A stretch of 64,000 nucleotides of DNA from a virus. Taxonomy: Duplodnaviria > Caudoviricetes. The translations under genes were made by a program, and so were the position numbers. The stretch is from IMG/VR virus record IMGVR_UViG_3300049140_000186, positions 1 through 64,000 of that record. One strand, given 5' to 3'. Position 1 is the first letter of the stretch, and every line of letters starts with the position of its first letter. A model generated the notes under the pieces. That model worked only from the letters and a program-made list of their open reading frames with translations. It made no database searches and was not told the origin of the DNA. Shown one piece after another: positions 27,730-36,574 of this stretch.

Positions 27730-28482
27730 ATGGACCGCGCGAAATTCTATGGCGTCTTGCGAACGCGCAATTCCGGCCTGTTCGGAACCTCGCTTTCGAA
27801 GTCTCAAGTCGCCGGTATGGAAAACCTGCTGGACGTTTGGGAACGGTACTATGCGGCCGATCCGCTTGACCAGTTGGCTATCGGCCTCGCCACGTCCTAC
27901 CTCGAAACGGCGCACACAATGCAGCCGATCAAAGAGCGCGGCGCGCGGGCGTACTTCGACAAATACGAACCTGGAACACGCCTCGGGAAAATCCTGGGCA
28001 ACGTCCTGCGAGGCGATGGCTACCGCTTCAGGGGGGAAGGGCACGTCCAGAACACGGGGCGGGGCAATGCTCGCAAGGCTACTCAACGCCTCAATGAAGT
28101 GTTTGGTCTTGGCATTGATCTTGAGGGCCGACCGGAGATGCGCGGCGATCCGTTCATCTCGGCGCACTCCCTGTTCCTCGGCTGCCGTGAAGGCTGGTGG
28201 ACCGGCAAGGCCTGGAGCCATTATCTCGACGGCATCGACGAAAGCGACGCGGAAGACCTTCGGGAGTTCATCGCCTCGCGCGCCGTGGTCAATGGAAAAG
28301 ACAAGGCCGAGTTGATCGGCCGGTATGCGCTGGCTTTCGAGCGGGCGCTGAAAGCGGCGGGCTACAGGCCTCGCAAGGCTGCCCCCGCGCCTTCGGTCCC
28401 CGCCAAGCCTTCAACGCGTCTAGCGCCTGCCTCTGACGGCTGGCTGGCATGGTTCCTCGACCTCCTGAAAGGAATAATCTGA
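27730..28482 (+). CDS. Endolysin, GH19-like lysozyme fold
   Basis: YLETAHTMQPIKERG...FRGEGHVQNTGRGN; hydrophobic C-terminal tail. Confidence 0.8.
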   Translation: MDRAKFYGVLRTRNSGLFGTSLSKSQVAGMENLLDVWERYYAADPLDQLAIGLATSYLETAHTMQPIKERGARAYFDKYEPGTRLGKILGNVLRGDGYRFRGEGHVQNTGRGNARKATQRLNEVFGLGIDLEGRPEMRGDPFISAHSLFLGCREGWWTGKAWSHYLDGIDESDAEDLREFIASRAVVNGKDKAELIGRYALAFERALKAAGYRPRKAAPAPSVPAKPSTRLAPASDGWLAWFLDLLKGII

Positions 28483-28483
28483 C

Positions 28484-28666
28484 ATGGAACGCTTTACGGC
28501 GCGTGCGCGCAAATACCTTGTCGCTGGCATGGGCATCGGTCTGCTGATCGGGCTGCGCCATTTGGACATCGACATTCCCGGCCTGCCTGACATCGTGCGT
28601 GACCTGATCGTCGGCGCTGTCGCCATGGAAGCCGTCTATCAAGCGCCGAATGCAGGGGAAGCCTAG
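28484..28666 (+). CDS. Putative holin
   Basis: 60 aa, two hydrophobic segments, directly after the endolysin. Confidence 0.55.
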   Translation: MERFTARARKYLVAGMGIGLLIGLRHLDIDIPGLPDIVRDLIVGAVAMEAVYQAPNAGEA

Positions 28667-28668
28667 AG

Positions 28669-28983
28669 ATGAACGAGACGCCGCAACGCATGGCCGAACT
28701 CTCCGAAGAGACACGGGAGTTCCTAAACGACCTGAGCAGGGAAGACATTGCCACGCTGAAAACCGGCCTGCCGCTGATCCGCATGATTGTCGGCTTCGGC
28801 AAGGTCACGAAATGGCTGGCGATAACCGACGCTCGGCCTGGTCGTCGGCTTCGTCCTGTTATGGGAATCGCTTGTAAAAATCGTGGCATGGTTTCGGCCT
28901 GCGGCCTGGGCCTTTGCTGAATGGCGCGCGCAAGCGGCCGGCACGAGCCCGCGTTCTCTTCGGGAACATATCGGCCCGAGCTA
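28669..28983 (+). pseudogene. Frameshifted membrane protein of the lysis cassette
   Basis: Removing one base near 28827 restores WLAITTLGLVVGFVLLWESLVKIVAWF. Confidence 0.55.
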
Positions 28984-29052
28984 GGTTCGATTTGCGGACC
29001 GTAGGGGTCCCAAACTTTCACGGTCCATGGCCTCAGTTATCCCGGGGCCGGA

Positions 29053-29089
29053 GCCCGCCGCACTCCTTGAAACCTTGCGGCGGGCTTTT
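29053..29089 (+). terminator. Rho-independent terminator ending the lysis cassette
   Basis: GCCCGCCGCA/TGCGGCGGGC stem followed by TTTT. Confidence 0.8.
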
Positions 29090-29100
29090 CGTTTGGGGCG

Positions 29101-29430
29101 TCAGCAGCCCTTGTTCCGCTGAGCGGAGCTGATGGCTATCACTTCGCCTTTGTGCTGCGCGACAGCTCCTTCCTTGTCGCCGCCTGTAAGACTGCTCATC
29201 GGGACGCCTATCAAGAAGACCCCAACGGCGTCGCCGGTCTGCGCCTGCCGCTGTTGCGCGGATACCGCGTTTAGCGCGGTCGTGGACTTCTGATGCTCGG
29301 CCGCCAACTGGTTACAGCTTAACCCTGAATAGGCGTTCACCGGCATCGACATTGGCGTTATGGCGTCTGGTCCCTTCGCGCATGCCGTCAACAGCAATGC
29401 GGTCGCCAACAGCGCAATCTTCTTCATCAT
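29101..29430 (-). CDS. Lipoprotein
   Basis: MKKIALLATALLLTAC lipobox. Confidence 0.75.
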   Translation of the reverse strand: MMKKIALLATALLLTACAKGPDAITPMSMPVNAYSGLSCNQLAAEHQKSTTALNAVSAQQRQAQTGDAVGVFLIGVPMSSLTGGDKEGAVAQHKGEVIAISSAQRNKGC

Positions 29431-29483
29431 GATTTGATTCCCCCAATCCCCGATCCAGCATAGCCGCATTTCAATTCGAAAGG

Positions 29484-29885
29484 CTAGCGGCTCTCTGCCG
29501 CTCGGTAGCGGCGCTGCTTCCAATCGTAGGCGACGCCGGCCGGGACGATAAAGCCGTTGCGCGGCAACGTATCCGCCAACTTGGCGTTTGCGTCTCTGAC
29601 CCGCCCGGCTTCCTGCTGGCGCTTAGCCTTTCTAATCCTGGGCAAGTCCTGCTCGTGGGTCTTCGCCTCGGCGCATGCGAAGTGGGCCGGGCCGCAATTG
29701 GTGTTCGTGTCCGGGCCTAGCAGGGCCAACGCGCGCTTGTGTTCGATAATCCATCGGTCTTTTTGGCGGTGGATCGGCTTACCGCAAAGGCAGCATGGCG
29801 CGATGTTGTGGGCCGTGCAGTTCTCCGAAAAGATATGCTGTCGGCGCTGCGGGCTCATGCGGCCTCGGGGCGTGTTGGCGGTCAT
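29484..29885 (-). CDS. HNH endonuclease
   Basis: CCLCG...EHKRALALLG.D..TN...AHFAC..KT. Confidence 0.8.
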   Translation of the reverse strand: MTANTPRGRMSPQRRQHIFSENCTAHNIAPCCLCGKPIHRQKDRWIIEHKRALALLGPDTNTNCGPAHFACAEAKTHEQDLPRIRKAKRQQEAGRVRDANAKLADTLPRNGFIVPAGVAYDWKQRRYRAAESR

Positions 29886-30178
29886 CTATCGTCCTCACCG
29901 ACGATACCGCCCTCGTTTTCTAGGATATCGATCCCGCGAACTTCCCGCCGATTGAACTTGAGACGCACGCCTGCACCTCCACCGTTCTCAGGAATGAACA
30001 CGACGCCCGCCGCCTCAAACGTTCTCCGCAATACGTCCAACGTCGCATGCTGCGGTTCGGACCTTCCGGCCTCGAAATTGCGAATCGTCGCATTTCCTAT
30101 CTTCGCGGCGTTCGCGAGCTGCTGCTGCGACCAGTTAAGCAGGGCGCGAGCTGCGCGGCATTGGGCTGAGTTCATCAT
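29882..30178 (-). CDS. XRE-family HTH repressor (no S24 domain)
   Basis: QCRAARALLNWSQQQLA.AA.IG.ATIRNFEAG. Confidence 0.88.
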   Translation of the reverse strand: MMNSAQCRAARALLNWSQQQLANAAKIGNATIRNFEAGRSEPQHATLDVLRRTFEAAGVVFIPENGGGAGVRLKFNRREVRGIDILENEGGIVGEDDR

Positions 30179-30198
30179 GAAATCACCTTAACACGGAG

Positions 30199-30280
30199 TA
30201 TCGTTATACGCTAGCCATAGCGAAAATCGCTTGCATTAACGTTAACGAACGCATATCGTTATCCATAGCGATAATCGCTA
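30199..30280. promoter_or_regulatory. Three 15-bp palindromic operators of the element A switch
   Basis: TATCGTTATACGCTA (30199), TAGCGAAAATCGCTT (30218), TAGCGATAATCGCTA (30266) between divergent genes. Confidence 0.7.
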
Positions 30281-30297
30281 GCAAGGGAGCTACCCAC

Positions 30298-30849
30298 ATG
30301 CCGAACACCGCTGTTCGGGCTGCCGCCGAAGGCATGCCCTCAATCAACCGCCGCCGCGCCATCCTTAGCGCTGGTGCCGCCGCTGCGGCCTTGGCCGTGA
30401 CCAGCCTGCCGGCCGAACCGGCGACGGCCGATGCCGAACTGCTCCGGCTCGGCCAAGAGCTTGACAGGCTCCGCCCTGAATTTATTCCGCTCAAAGACGA
30501 GGCCGACGAATTGCTACAGGTCTGGCTAGACGAGTGTCATCGGCGCGGCGTGTCGCTTGACTCCGATGCCTCCCATGCATTTGCCGAAGAGATTGGTCTC
30601 CAAGCGGCGGAACGGCGCGCTCAACCTTTGGAATATGCCGTGGGCCGCACGACAGATGCTATCCTTGCCGCCTCCGCGACGACATTGGCGGGGCTTGCAG
30701 TGAAGGCAAAGGCACTCCGCCTCGAAGCCTTGCGTAACAGGCCGGAAGTTGAACCGACCGACGCCGAATATGAGGAAATGGATTTCGACGAAGAAATGGT
30801 CCTGCGCTTCATATTTGAGATAGAGCGTTTGGCGGGAGCGGTGTCATGA
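30298..30849 (+). CDS. Hypothetical phage protein
   Basis: NRRRAIL N-terminus; ATTLAGLAVKA motif. Confidence 0.7.
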   Translation: MPNTAVRAAAEGMPSINRRRAILSAGAAAAALAVTSLPAEPATADAELLRLGQELDRLRPEFIPLKDEADELLQVWLDECHRRGVSLDSDASHAFAEEIGLQAAERRAQPLEYAVGRTTDAILAASATTLAGLAVKAKALRLEALRNRPEVEPTDAEYEEMDFDEEMVLRFIFEIERLAGAVS

Positions 30850-31121
30850 AGCCTGCTCAACTCGGCGACGCTGACCTATTCCAGCTTGGCGAGGAAATGA
30901 AAGCGGCTCACGCCCGCTGGGCGGCGGCTCCCGATGATAGCGCGGAACCGCTGTTCGCAATTGCAAAGCGCGTCTTTGCCATCCCGGCATCGACAGTTGC
31001 CGGCATGCTGGTGAAGCTTCGGGTGGATCAGATGCAAGAGGCGTGGGAATATGAAGGCGCGGTTTCGGACGAAGCCATGGCCTCGGTCGCGGCGGACATC
31101 AAGCGCTTGGCGGGGAACTGA
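30846..31121 (+). CDS. Hypothetical phage protein, related to the previous gene
   Basis: PASTVAGMLVKL motif shared with 30298-30849. Confidence 0.65.
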   Translation: MKPAQLGDADLFQLGEEMKAAHARWAAAPDDSAEPLFAIAKRVFAIPASTVAGMLVKLRVDQMQEAWEYEGAVSDEAMASVAADIKRLAGN

Positions 31122-31145
31122 TCAACTGGACAACTTGTCCACGTG

Positions 31146-31179
31146 AAAGCCCGCCACGGTTCGCCCTGGCGGGCTTTTT
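31146..31179. terminator. Bidirectional terminator
   Basis: AAAGCCCGCCA/TGGCGGGCTTTTT between convergent genes. Confidence 0.8.
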
Positions 31180-31181
31180 CT

Positions 31182-31418
31182 CTAGGGGGCGCTATCGGCC
31201 CCCGGTCGTTCATCGAACATAACCGCATAGCCCAAGGCGATGGCGGTTTTTGATATTGCAATTGCTAGCTCCTCGTCAGGGGACACAAAGTCTCCCGACA
31301 GCATCCGGAATTTCCCGATGGCGTTGGAGGTAGACAGCAGCGACCCCCCGTGGGCGATATGGGCACAGGCATTCACCGCCGAAAGCAGATCGTCTCGATC
31401 GAACTTGCTGTTGTCCAT
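31182..31418 (-). CDS. Hypothetical protein
   Basis: 78 aa with SD GGGGAG. Confidence 0.5.
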   Translation of the reverse strand: MDNSKFDRDDLLSAVNACAHIAHGGSLLSTSNAIGKFRMLSGDFVSPDEELAIAISKTAIALGYAVMFDERPGADSAP

Positions 31419-31584
31419 GACAGCTCCCCAAAAGGTCGAGCCCCTTCGATGGTCTCAACCCTTGCCTGCCGACTGGGTTCCATCGGGAGAGCCGGCGCGC
31501 CGCCTTTGGTACGGAACCAACCATCGTTCGTCCCCCGCCACCGTTCGCCCTGGCGGGCCTGATGATCGGCTGGTGTGACATCCT

Positions 31585-31860
31585 TCATTGGACGGGTTTC
31601 GCCGGGCTAGCTCCAAAACCAGCATCGATAATCTGAAGGGCATAAGTTTCGACATAACCAACCATCTCTGCCTTGACCTGATCGGGCTCCGTCCCCTCGA
31701 CGTTGGCCCGTCTAACTGAATTTGAGACGATCTGCTTCATCGCGGACTGAATTCCCGCTTCGGGTGCGAGCTGGTGCAGCATTTGTAATGTCGCCTTGAG
31801 AACAAACTCTTGAGCTGCAATTTTGCCCTGAATTTCCAGGATCGTGTCACCCTTAATCAT
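31585..31860 (-). CDS. Hypothetical protein
   Basis: MIKGDTILEIQG...; low-GC ORF. Confidence 0.5.
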   Translation of the reverse strand: MIKGDTILEIQGKIAAQEFVLKATLQMLHQLAPEAGIQSAMKQIVSNSVRRANVEGTEPDQVKAEMVGYVETYALQIIDAGFGASPAKPVQ

Positions 31861-32050
31861 CCGTGCACTCCATTGTTTTCCTTCTTTTTTCTCTATCACC
31901 ATGTCGCGCTCATGTCGCACGGACTTGCCGATAGTGGCAGGAAACCCTTGGAAATCAACGGTAGCCATTTGCAACATGGCGCGACATGAAAGAACGGCGT
32001 CAAAGCAAGTCTAGGCGGTTCAAGGGGCTGATTTCATTAAAGAAAGTGGT

Positions 32051-32124
32051 TGGCTGGGGAACCTGGATTCGAACCAGGACTAACGGAGTCAGAGTCCGTG
32101 GGTCTACCGTTAACCTATTCCCCA
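32051..32124 (-). tRNA. tRNA-Gln(CTG)
   Basis: TGGGGAA/TTCCCCA acceptor stem, ACGGA-CTCTGAC-TCCGT anticodon arm, GGTTCGAATCC T-loop, encoded CCA. Confidence 0.97.
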
Positions 32125-32169
32125 AAAGGTGATTAAAAACAACCACTTGGCGAAATGGGGCGAGGGGAG

Positions 32170-33252
32170 TTAGACACTCTTTTTGCCTCGGTTAGACAAA
32201 ACTCGTTCCCGTTTCGAGCCGGCTTGTATCACATTTGCCATGTCGATCAATACCCCGGACACGTCCGCGCTCGAAGAATAATGCGCCGCCATCTGCGCCG
32301 TCTCTTGGCCGAGATAGTCCTTGATCTGATCGAGCGAATAGCCGAGGCCGCGTAGCTCGGCCGCCACTGAGTGGCGCAGGCCGTGCATGGTCAACCCTTG
32401 GTCGGCCAGCTTGCGAGCGACGCACTTCGCGAAATACTTCCTGATCGATGCGGTGAAGCCCATCTCGGTCCATGGCTTCTTTGCCGAATTCAGGCAGAGC
32501 AACGTGACGTCGACATCGGCGACCGGAACGGCATCGAGGTATTCGTCGAGGATCGCCTTCAACTCCCCCAGCACCGGCAGCTTCATGATCTTGCCGGTCT
32601 TGCCGGTTCGAAAGCTGATGTAACCGTGTCGATACGCCATTCGGGGCAGCTTGAGTATGTCGCCGCGGCGAATGCCAAGGAAGCGTGCCAGGGCCAGCGG
32701 CACCTTCAGATGCAGCGGCGCCGCCGCTAGCACATTGGCCCTCTCTGCGGCCGTCCAGGGCCGGTTTTCTTTGCGCCGGTCGGCGGCGATCTTGGCCTTC
32801 TCCAGCTCGAGGCACGGATTGGAATCGACGAGCTCATATTCCTTGCCGTGCCTGAACGCGGATGACAGCATCGCCATCATGTGATTGGTGAAGGCGCCGC
32901 GCTTTTTCTTCACCGTCTTGTCGCGCAACTTGGCCATGAAGCCTCCGGTCATCAGCACGAGCGGCGTGCCTGCAATCGGCTTCAGATGGTCCATATACTG
33001 GTGATAATCGGCGCGGGTGCGCGGTGCGAGATCGGTGAATTTGGGCGACTTCTTGTAGCTTTCGAGCAACCCGCCCAGCGTGCCGGCCAGCGCCTGCTTC
33101 GGCGCATGCAGCTTGTCGAGCCGGTCGATCTCGGCGGCAAGTGCGGTGCCGGTCAATGTCGCGTCGATCGCGGTACCGGACTTGCGGTGATAGGCGCGCT
33201 GGTTCCCGTAGCGGTCCGTGTAGCGCTTAATTCCCTTCACCGTCACCCTCAT
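32170..33252 (-). CDS. int: Tyrosine integrase
   Basis: GIRRGD (R), HGLRHS (HxxR), LGQ and HY catalytic Tyr; adjacent to tRNA. Confidence 0.93.
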   Translation of the reverse strand: MRVTVKGIKRYTDRYGNQRAYHRKSGTAIDATLTGTALAAEIDRLDKLHAPKQALAGTLGGLLESYKKSPKFTDLAPRTRADYHQYMDHLKPIAGTPLVLMTGGFMAKLRDKTVKKKRGAFTNHMMAMLSSAFRHGKEYELVDSNPCLELEKAKIAADRRKENRPWTAAERANVLAAAPLHLKVPLALARFLGIRRGDILKLPRMAYRHGYISFRTGKTGKIMKLPVLGELKAILDEYLDAVPVADVDVTLLCLNSAKKPWTEMGFTASIRKYFAKCVARKLADQGLTMHGLRHSVAAELRGLGYSLDQIKDYLGQETAQMAAHYSSSADVSGVLIDMANVIQAGSKRERVLSNRGKKSV

Positions 33253-33466
33253 CCAGAAGCCCCAGCCAGTCGTCGCCCGTCATCGGCTCGGATTTGCTCT
33301 GGTTGTCCAGCCACTTGTCAAGCCTCTTCACGTCATACAGCACGCGGGCGCCGATCTTGACCGGGGGGACCGGCACATGGCTTTTCAACGTGGCGACGCC
33401 GACGCCGCAGTAGTTTGCCGCCTCGTTATCCGACAGCATGCGCTTTGTCGGCAAGGGCAGCTTCAC
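33227..33466 (-). CDS. Excisionase-like HTH protein
   Basis: LSDNEAANYCGVG...PVKIGARVLYDVKRLDKWLD, overlapping int. Confidence 0.75.
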   Translation of the reverse strand: MKLPLPTKRMLSDNEAANYCGVGVATLKSHVPVPPVKIGARVLYDVKRLDKWLDNQSKSEPMTGDDWLGLLDEGDGEGN

Positions 33467-33933
33467 AGCTTGATCTCCTCACAAGCGGGGCGGTTGGCGA
33501 TATCGAGCAGCACGTCGGCATGGCAAGGCTCGCCTGGTTTGCACCAGCAGGCGAGGTTCTTGCCGCGGAGTTCTCGATTGATCTCGTCTTGTATAGGAGC
33601 CGGACGTTTGGCCACGAGCGTCGGCGAAACCGAGATAGGTTTTTGCTCGCCTGCAACCTCAGCATATAGGCCGCAATCTTCGGTGCCGATCATGGCCCCG
33701 CCGAGGTATTCCTTGAACATGGCAACCGATGCCGCTTGGCGACCGATCCGATCCCCCTTGAAACCATATGAAATCGCAGTCCAGCAATGGCTGCTATCGC
33801 GTAAGTTAAAGGGATTTCCCCATTTCGTTGGACGCGCGACGTTGACCGCCTCGAGGCCGTTGACCTCAAGCGAATGCGCCTGCAGGTCGAAGCCGCGCCG
33901 GCGGGAGAGGCGGAGGCGGACGGGCTTGGTCAT
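33463..33933 (-). CDS. DUF4326-like protein
   Basis: VARPTKWGNPF...LRGKNLACWC...CHADVL. Confidence 0.85.
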   Translation of the reverse strand: MTKPVRLRLSRRRGFDLQAHSLEVNGLEAVNVARPTKWGNPFNLRDSSHCWTAISYGFKGDRIGRQAASVAMFKEYLGGAMIGTEDCGLYAEVAGEQKPISVSPTLVAKRPAPIQDEINRELRGKNLACWCKPGEPCHADVLLDIANRPACEEIKL

Positions 33934-34955
33934 TCGACTTCGCTCTCCCCGGCTTTAGGGCGGGCGGGGAGAGGCATCCAGTGTGTTGGCTCGAAATCGT
34001 ATTCGCCGCAGTCGATCAGGTCAGTTATCCATCCCTGAACAGACGAGTGAACGTACCAATACGCCTCGGCTGCAACGGTGTGGTCACCGTCCAAATGGCA
34101 AGGCCACGCTAGAATGCGCGTTCCGTCCTTCGGCGCGGTTTCCATCGTCCGCCACGCCCTCCCGTCCAGCAGGCATGTGTCGCTGCCGATAGGCTGGGGC
34201 GCTGGTGTGGTGGCTAGCGGGTGCGGCGCGTACTCCGCTGGATCGACAGGGCTCTCGCCTTCAATATCCCACCAGTAGCCTTGCTTGTGATCGGTCCAGA
34301 CTGCCTCATAAACGCGGCCGTCCTCGTCGCGGACCCAGAAGGTGTCAGAATTGCGCAAGGTGATATCGCCGAAGGTCTGAACGGTTGCGATGCTACGATC
34401 TGCTTCCGAAATCGGATGCCAGACGATGGCGGTCCCTACAGGCTGGGGCGCTTGGGTGGCGTATGGTGTCGACACACTCTGCCAGCCCTCTGGCGGGGTG
34501 TCGGGCTGGGGTGCTGGAGGGGTGGCTAGCGCGGCAAGGACGTTCCGAAGGTCTTGGGCGCGCACTGATATGGTGATTGCCTCATCGCGATGCGCCGCCT
34601 CGTGAAGCCGCTCAATCGCATCGGCAACTCCAGGGTACACATCCGGTGCGCGGCTAAGGGCGGCGATGGCTTCGGTCAACTCGCTAAGCATCGCAACGGC
34701 GGACGCCCAGTTTTCATCCTCGCCAAACTCCTTTATGGCCGCCAGTTCTTCCCGCGCTCGCTCCACCAGCCCCGAATAGTCAGACCGAAGCCCGGCTGTG
34801 TCACTGCCGATAACGGAGGGGGAGGCGAGCGCGTCGATGGCGTCGGCTAGGGCCTGTAAATCGTCCTCCGCAAGCGTGGCTCCATAGCAATACGCGATGC
34901 GGTTCAGTCGGTCGGGCAGCCCCTCGCCGGGGGTGTCTGATTGAGCGTTGATCAT
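33930..34955 (-). CDS. Composite early protein with a DUF551-like C-terminus
   Basis: WRTMETAPKDGT...PTHWMPLPARP. Confidence 0.7.
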   Translation of the reverse strand: MINAQSDTPGEGLPDRLNRIAYCYGATLAEDDLQALADAIDALASPSVIGSDTAGLRSDYSGLVERAREELAAIKEFGEDENWASAVAMLSELTEAIAALSRAPDVYPGVADAIERLHEAAHRDEAITISVRAQDLRNVLAALATPPAPQPDTPPEGWQSVSTPYATQAPQPVGTAIVWHPISEADRSIATVQTFGDITLRNSDTFWVRDEDGRVYEAVWTDHKQGYWWDIEGESPVDPAEYAPHPLATTPAPQPIGSDTCLLDGRAWRTMETAPKDGTRILAWPCHLDGDHTVAAEAYWYVHSSVQGWITDLIDCGEYDFEPTHWMPLPARPKAGESEVE

Positions 34956-35347
34956 GGCTTGCTTCTCGCGTTTCTGATGATGACCATCGCCATGTCGTTG
35001 TCGCCCTTGACGCCATAGAGGGCCAAGGCAACATGGAGAGGATCTATGCCGGTTGATTTCCAGTAGGCGCGCTCGTCGCCCATGCGCTGCTGTCGGTCGT
35101 GCTCGTCGCGGTGCAGCGGAACAGCCCAGCGATCATCCGCCTTTTCCGATTTCCCGCGCTCACGCTTCCCGTAGCGAGGATCGGCATAGGAGACATGGGC
35201 CGCGTCAACCGGACGCTTGCCGGTCACGATACACGGCAGCTCATGCAGCCATTTGAGATAGGTGGCGTCCTTCATTGTTGGGCGCTTGCTGCCCTTTGCA
35301 GGCGCAACGGAGAAGGCTTCGGGGTGTCTGGGGAGACGGAAGGCCAT
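34952..35347 (-). CDS. DUF968-like (HNH-related) protein
   Basis: YLKWLHELPCIVTG...AAH...DDRWAVPLHRDEH. Confidence 0.7.
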   Translation of the reverse strand: MAFRLPRHPEAFSVAPAKGSKRPTMKDATYLKWLHELPCIVTGKRPVDAAHVSYADPRYGKRERGKSEKADDRWAVPLHRDEHDRQQRMGDERAYWKSTGIDPLHVALALYGVKGDNDMAMVIIRNARSKP

Positions 35348-35592
35348 CAGACCAGTTTCTCCCTGATCTTCGGGTCGACGAACTGCTCCAGGTCGCCGCG
35401 CTCCATTGCATCGGCAAGTTCACGAAGGCCGGCCGGCGTGATCTGAAAGAAGCTGTCGCCGCCCTTGCCTCGGGCTGCGAGCAGGCCGCGCTTGGTCAGA
35501 GACCTCGCTACAGCGTCGCCGACAACGAGCAGACCGAACGGACGGCCGAGTCCGGCGAGTAGTTCGAGTTGATGCTTGCCAAGGCGGGCCAT
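35347..35592 (-). CDS. Hypothetical protein
   Basis: Coupled ORF, MARLGKHQLELL. Confidence 0.55.
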   Translation of the reverse strand: MARLGKHQLELLAGLGRPFGLLVVGDAVARSLTKRGLLAARGKGGDSFFQITPAGLRELADAMERGDLEQFVDPKIREKLV

Positions 35593-35798
35593 CAGCGCCA
35601 CTCCCGCCCACAGGAAGCCGCCAAGCTGGAATTCGTCGCCCGGCGCATGTCGGACAGCAGCGGCCGCCATTCGGCCTTGTGCGAGCGCCGTTCGTCGATC
35701 TGCCGGGCAATCGCGGTCCGCTTGCGCTCTGCGTCTCGGATGATGCGCGCGGCACGGCGGCGAGATAGCCATGCGAGGAAGTCAGCGAGGGGGCTCAT
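35592..35798 (-). CDS. Hypothetical protein
   Basis: Coupled ORF, MSPLADFL. Confidence 0.5.
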   Translation of the reverse strand: MSPLADFLAWLSRRRAARIIRDAERKRTAIARQIDERRSHKAEWRPLLSDMRRATNSSLAASCGREWR

Positions 35799-36574
35799 GA
35801 CAGCAGCCCCTCCAGATACTTCCGCGCCGCGGCCGCCGCGAGTTCGCCCTTCGCCACCTTGTCGGCCGTCGTCATGCAGGCTTTGACGAAATCTGCCTCC
35901 GTCGGCATGTCCCGTTTCCAGCAGTCCTTGGCGAACTCGATGTTCTTGAGGCGATCCTCGAGCGGCAGGTCTTCCGCCGCGAGCGCCAGGAATTTGGAAA
36001 GGCATTCGCGCTTGTCGGCTTCGCTGGCTTGCGAAACACCGGGAGCCGGCTCCACGGCACCACCACCTTGGCCCGTTTCTGGACGCTCGGCTTCCGGCTC
36101 CTCCGCTTGCGCGGATGGGTCGGCAGCGGGAGGAGAGGGGGAATCCTCGCCGCTGCCTTCGTCCTCGGCCTGGGGTGAGGCTTCGGACGGTTCACGAAAT
36201 TGTACGGGATGGTCCGGGTTCGCGCCGAACTTGAACATCAGTTCGATCAGGTCGGACATCTCTTCCTTGGATAGGTCCGACGAGGAGGTAGACAGGTTGA
36301 CGAAGCCATCGCCGTCGATGTTCGGCACAAGGCGAAGTTCTCGCTTCAGCCCGGCCATTAAAATCAGCTTCCAGTCGTCAGGGGCCAGTTTCAGGCCGTG
36401 CCAGCGAACTTGGGTCGCGACTTCCGTCAGCATCGCCCACATCTTGGCGTTCTGCTCGTCGGTGCGGCGGGGAGCTTTGAACTCAACCCGCGTTCCCGGC
36501 TTCAGCGACCAGCACCAGTCGGCCGCTCTGCGGCGCTGGAATTCGGTGTCGAGTACGACCAAGGCCCGGCTCAT
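35795..36574 (-). CDS. ninB: NinB-family recombination protein with acidic extension
   Basis: RRTDEQNAKMWAMLTEVA.QV.WHG.KL...WK. Confidence 0.8.
   Translation of the reverse strand: MSRALVVLDTEFQRRRAADWCWSLKPGTRVEFKAPRRTDEQNAKMWAMLTEVATQVRWHGLKLAPDDWKLILMAGLKRELRLVPNIDGDGFVNLSTSSSDLSKEEMSDLIELMFKFGANPDHPVQFREPSEASPQAEDEGSGEDSPSPPAADPSAQAEEPEAERPETGQGGGAVEPAPGVSQASEADKRECLSKFLALAAEDLPLEDRLKNIEFAKDCWKRDMPTEADFVKACMTTADKVAKGELAAAAARKYLEGLLS

Larger units (their letters stand above)
1..32050. mobile_element. Prophage A, podovirus-type virion module; left end (integrase/att) probably outside the window
   Basis: Contiguous replication, terminase, portal, capsid, tail tubular, ejection, fibre and lysis genes ending at the 3' end of tRNA-Gln. 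Confidence 0.9.

Noticed and set aside
30236-30245. TTAACGTTAA as a second CtrA site
   Set aside because: TTAA half-sites are 2 bp apart, not 7
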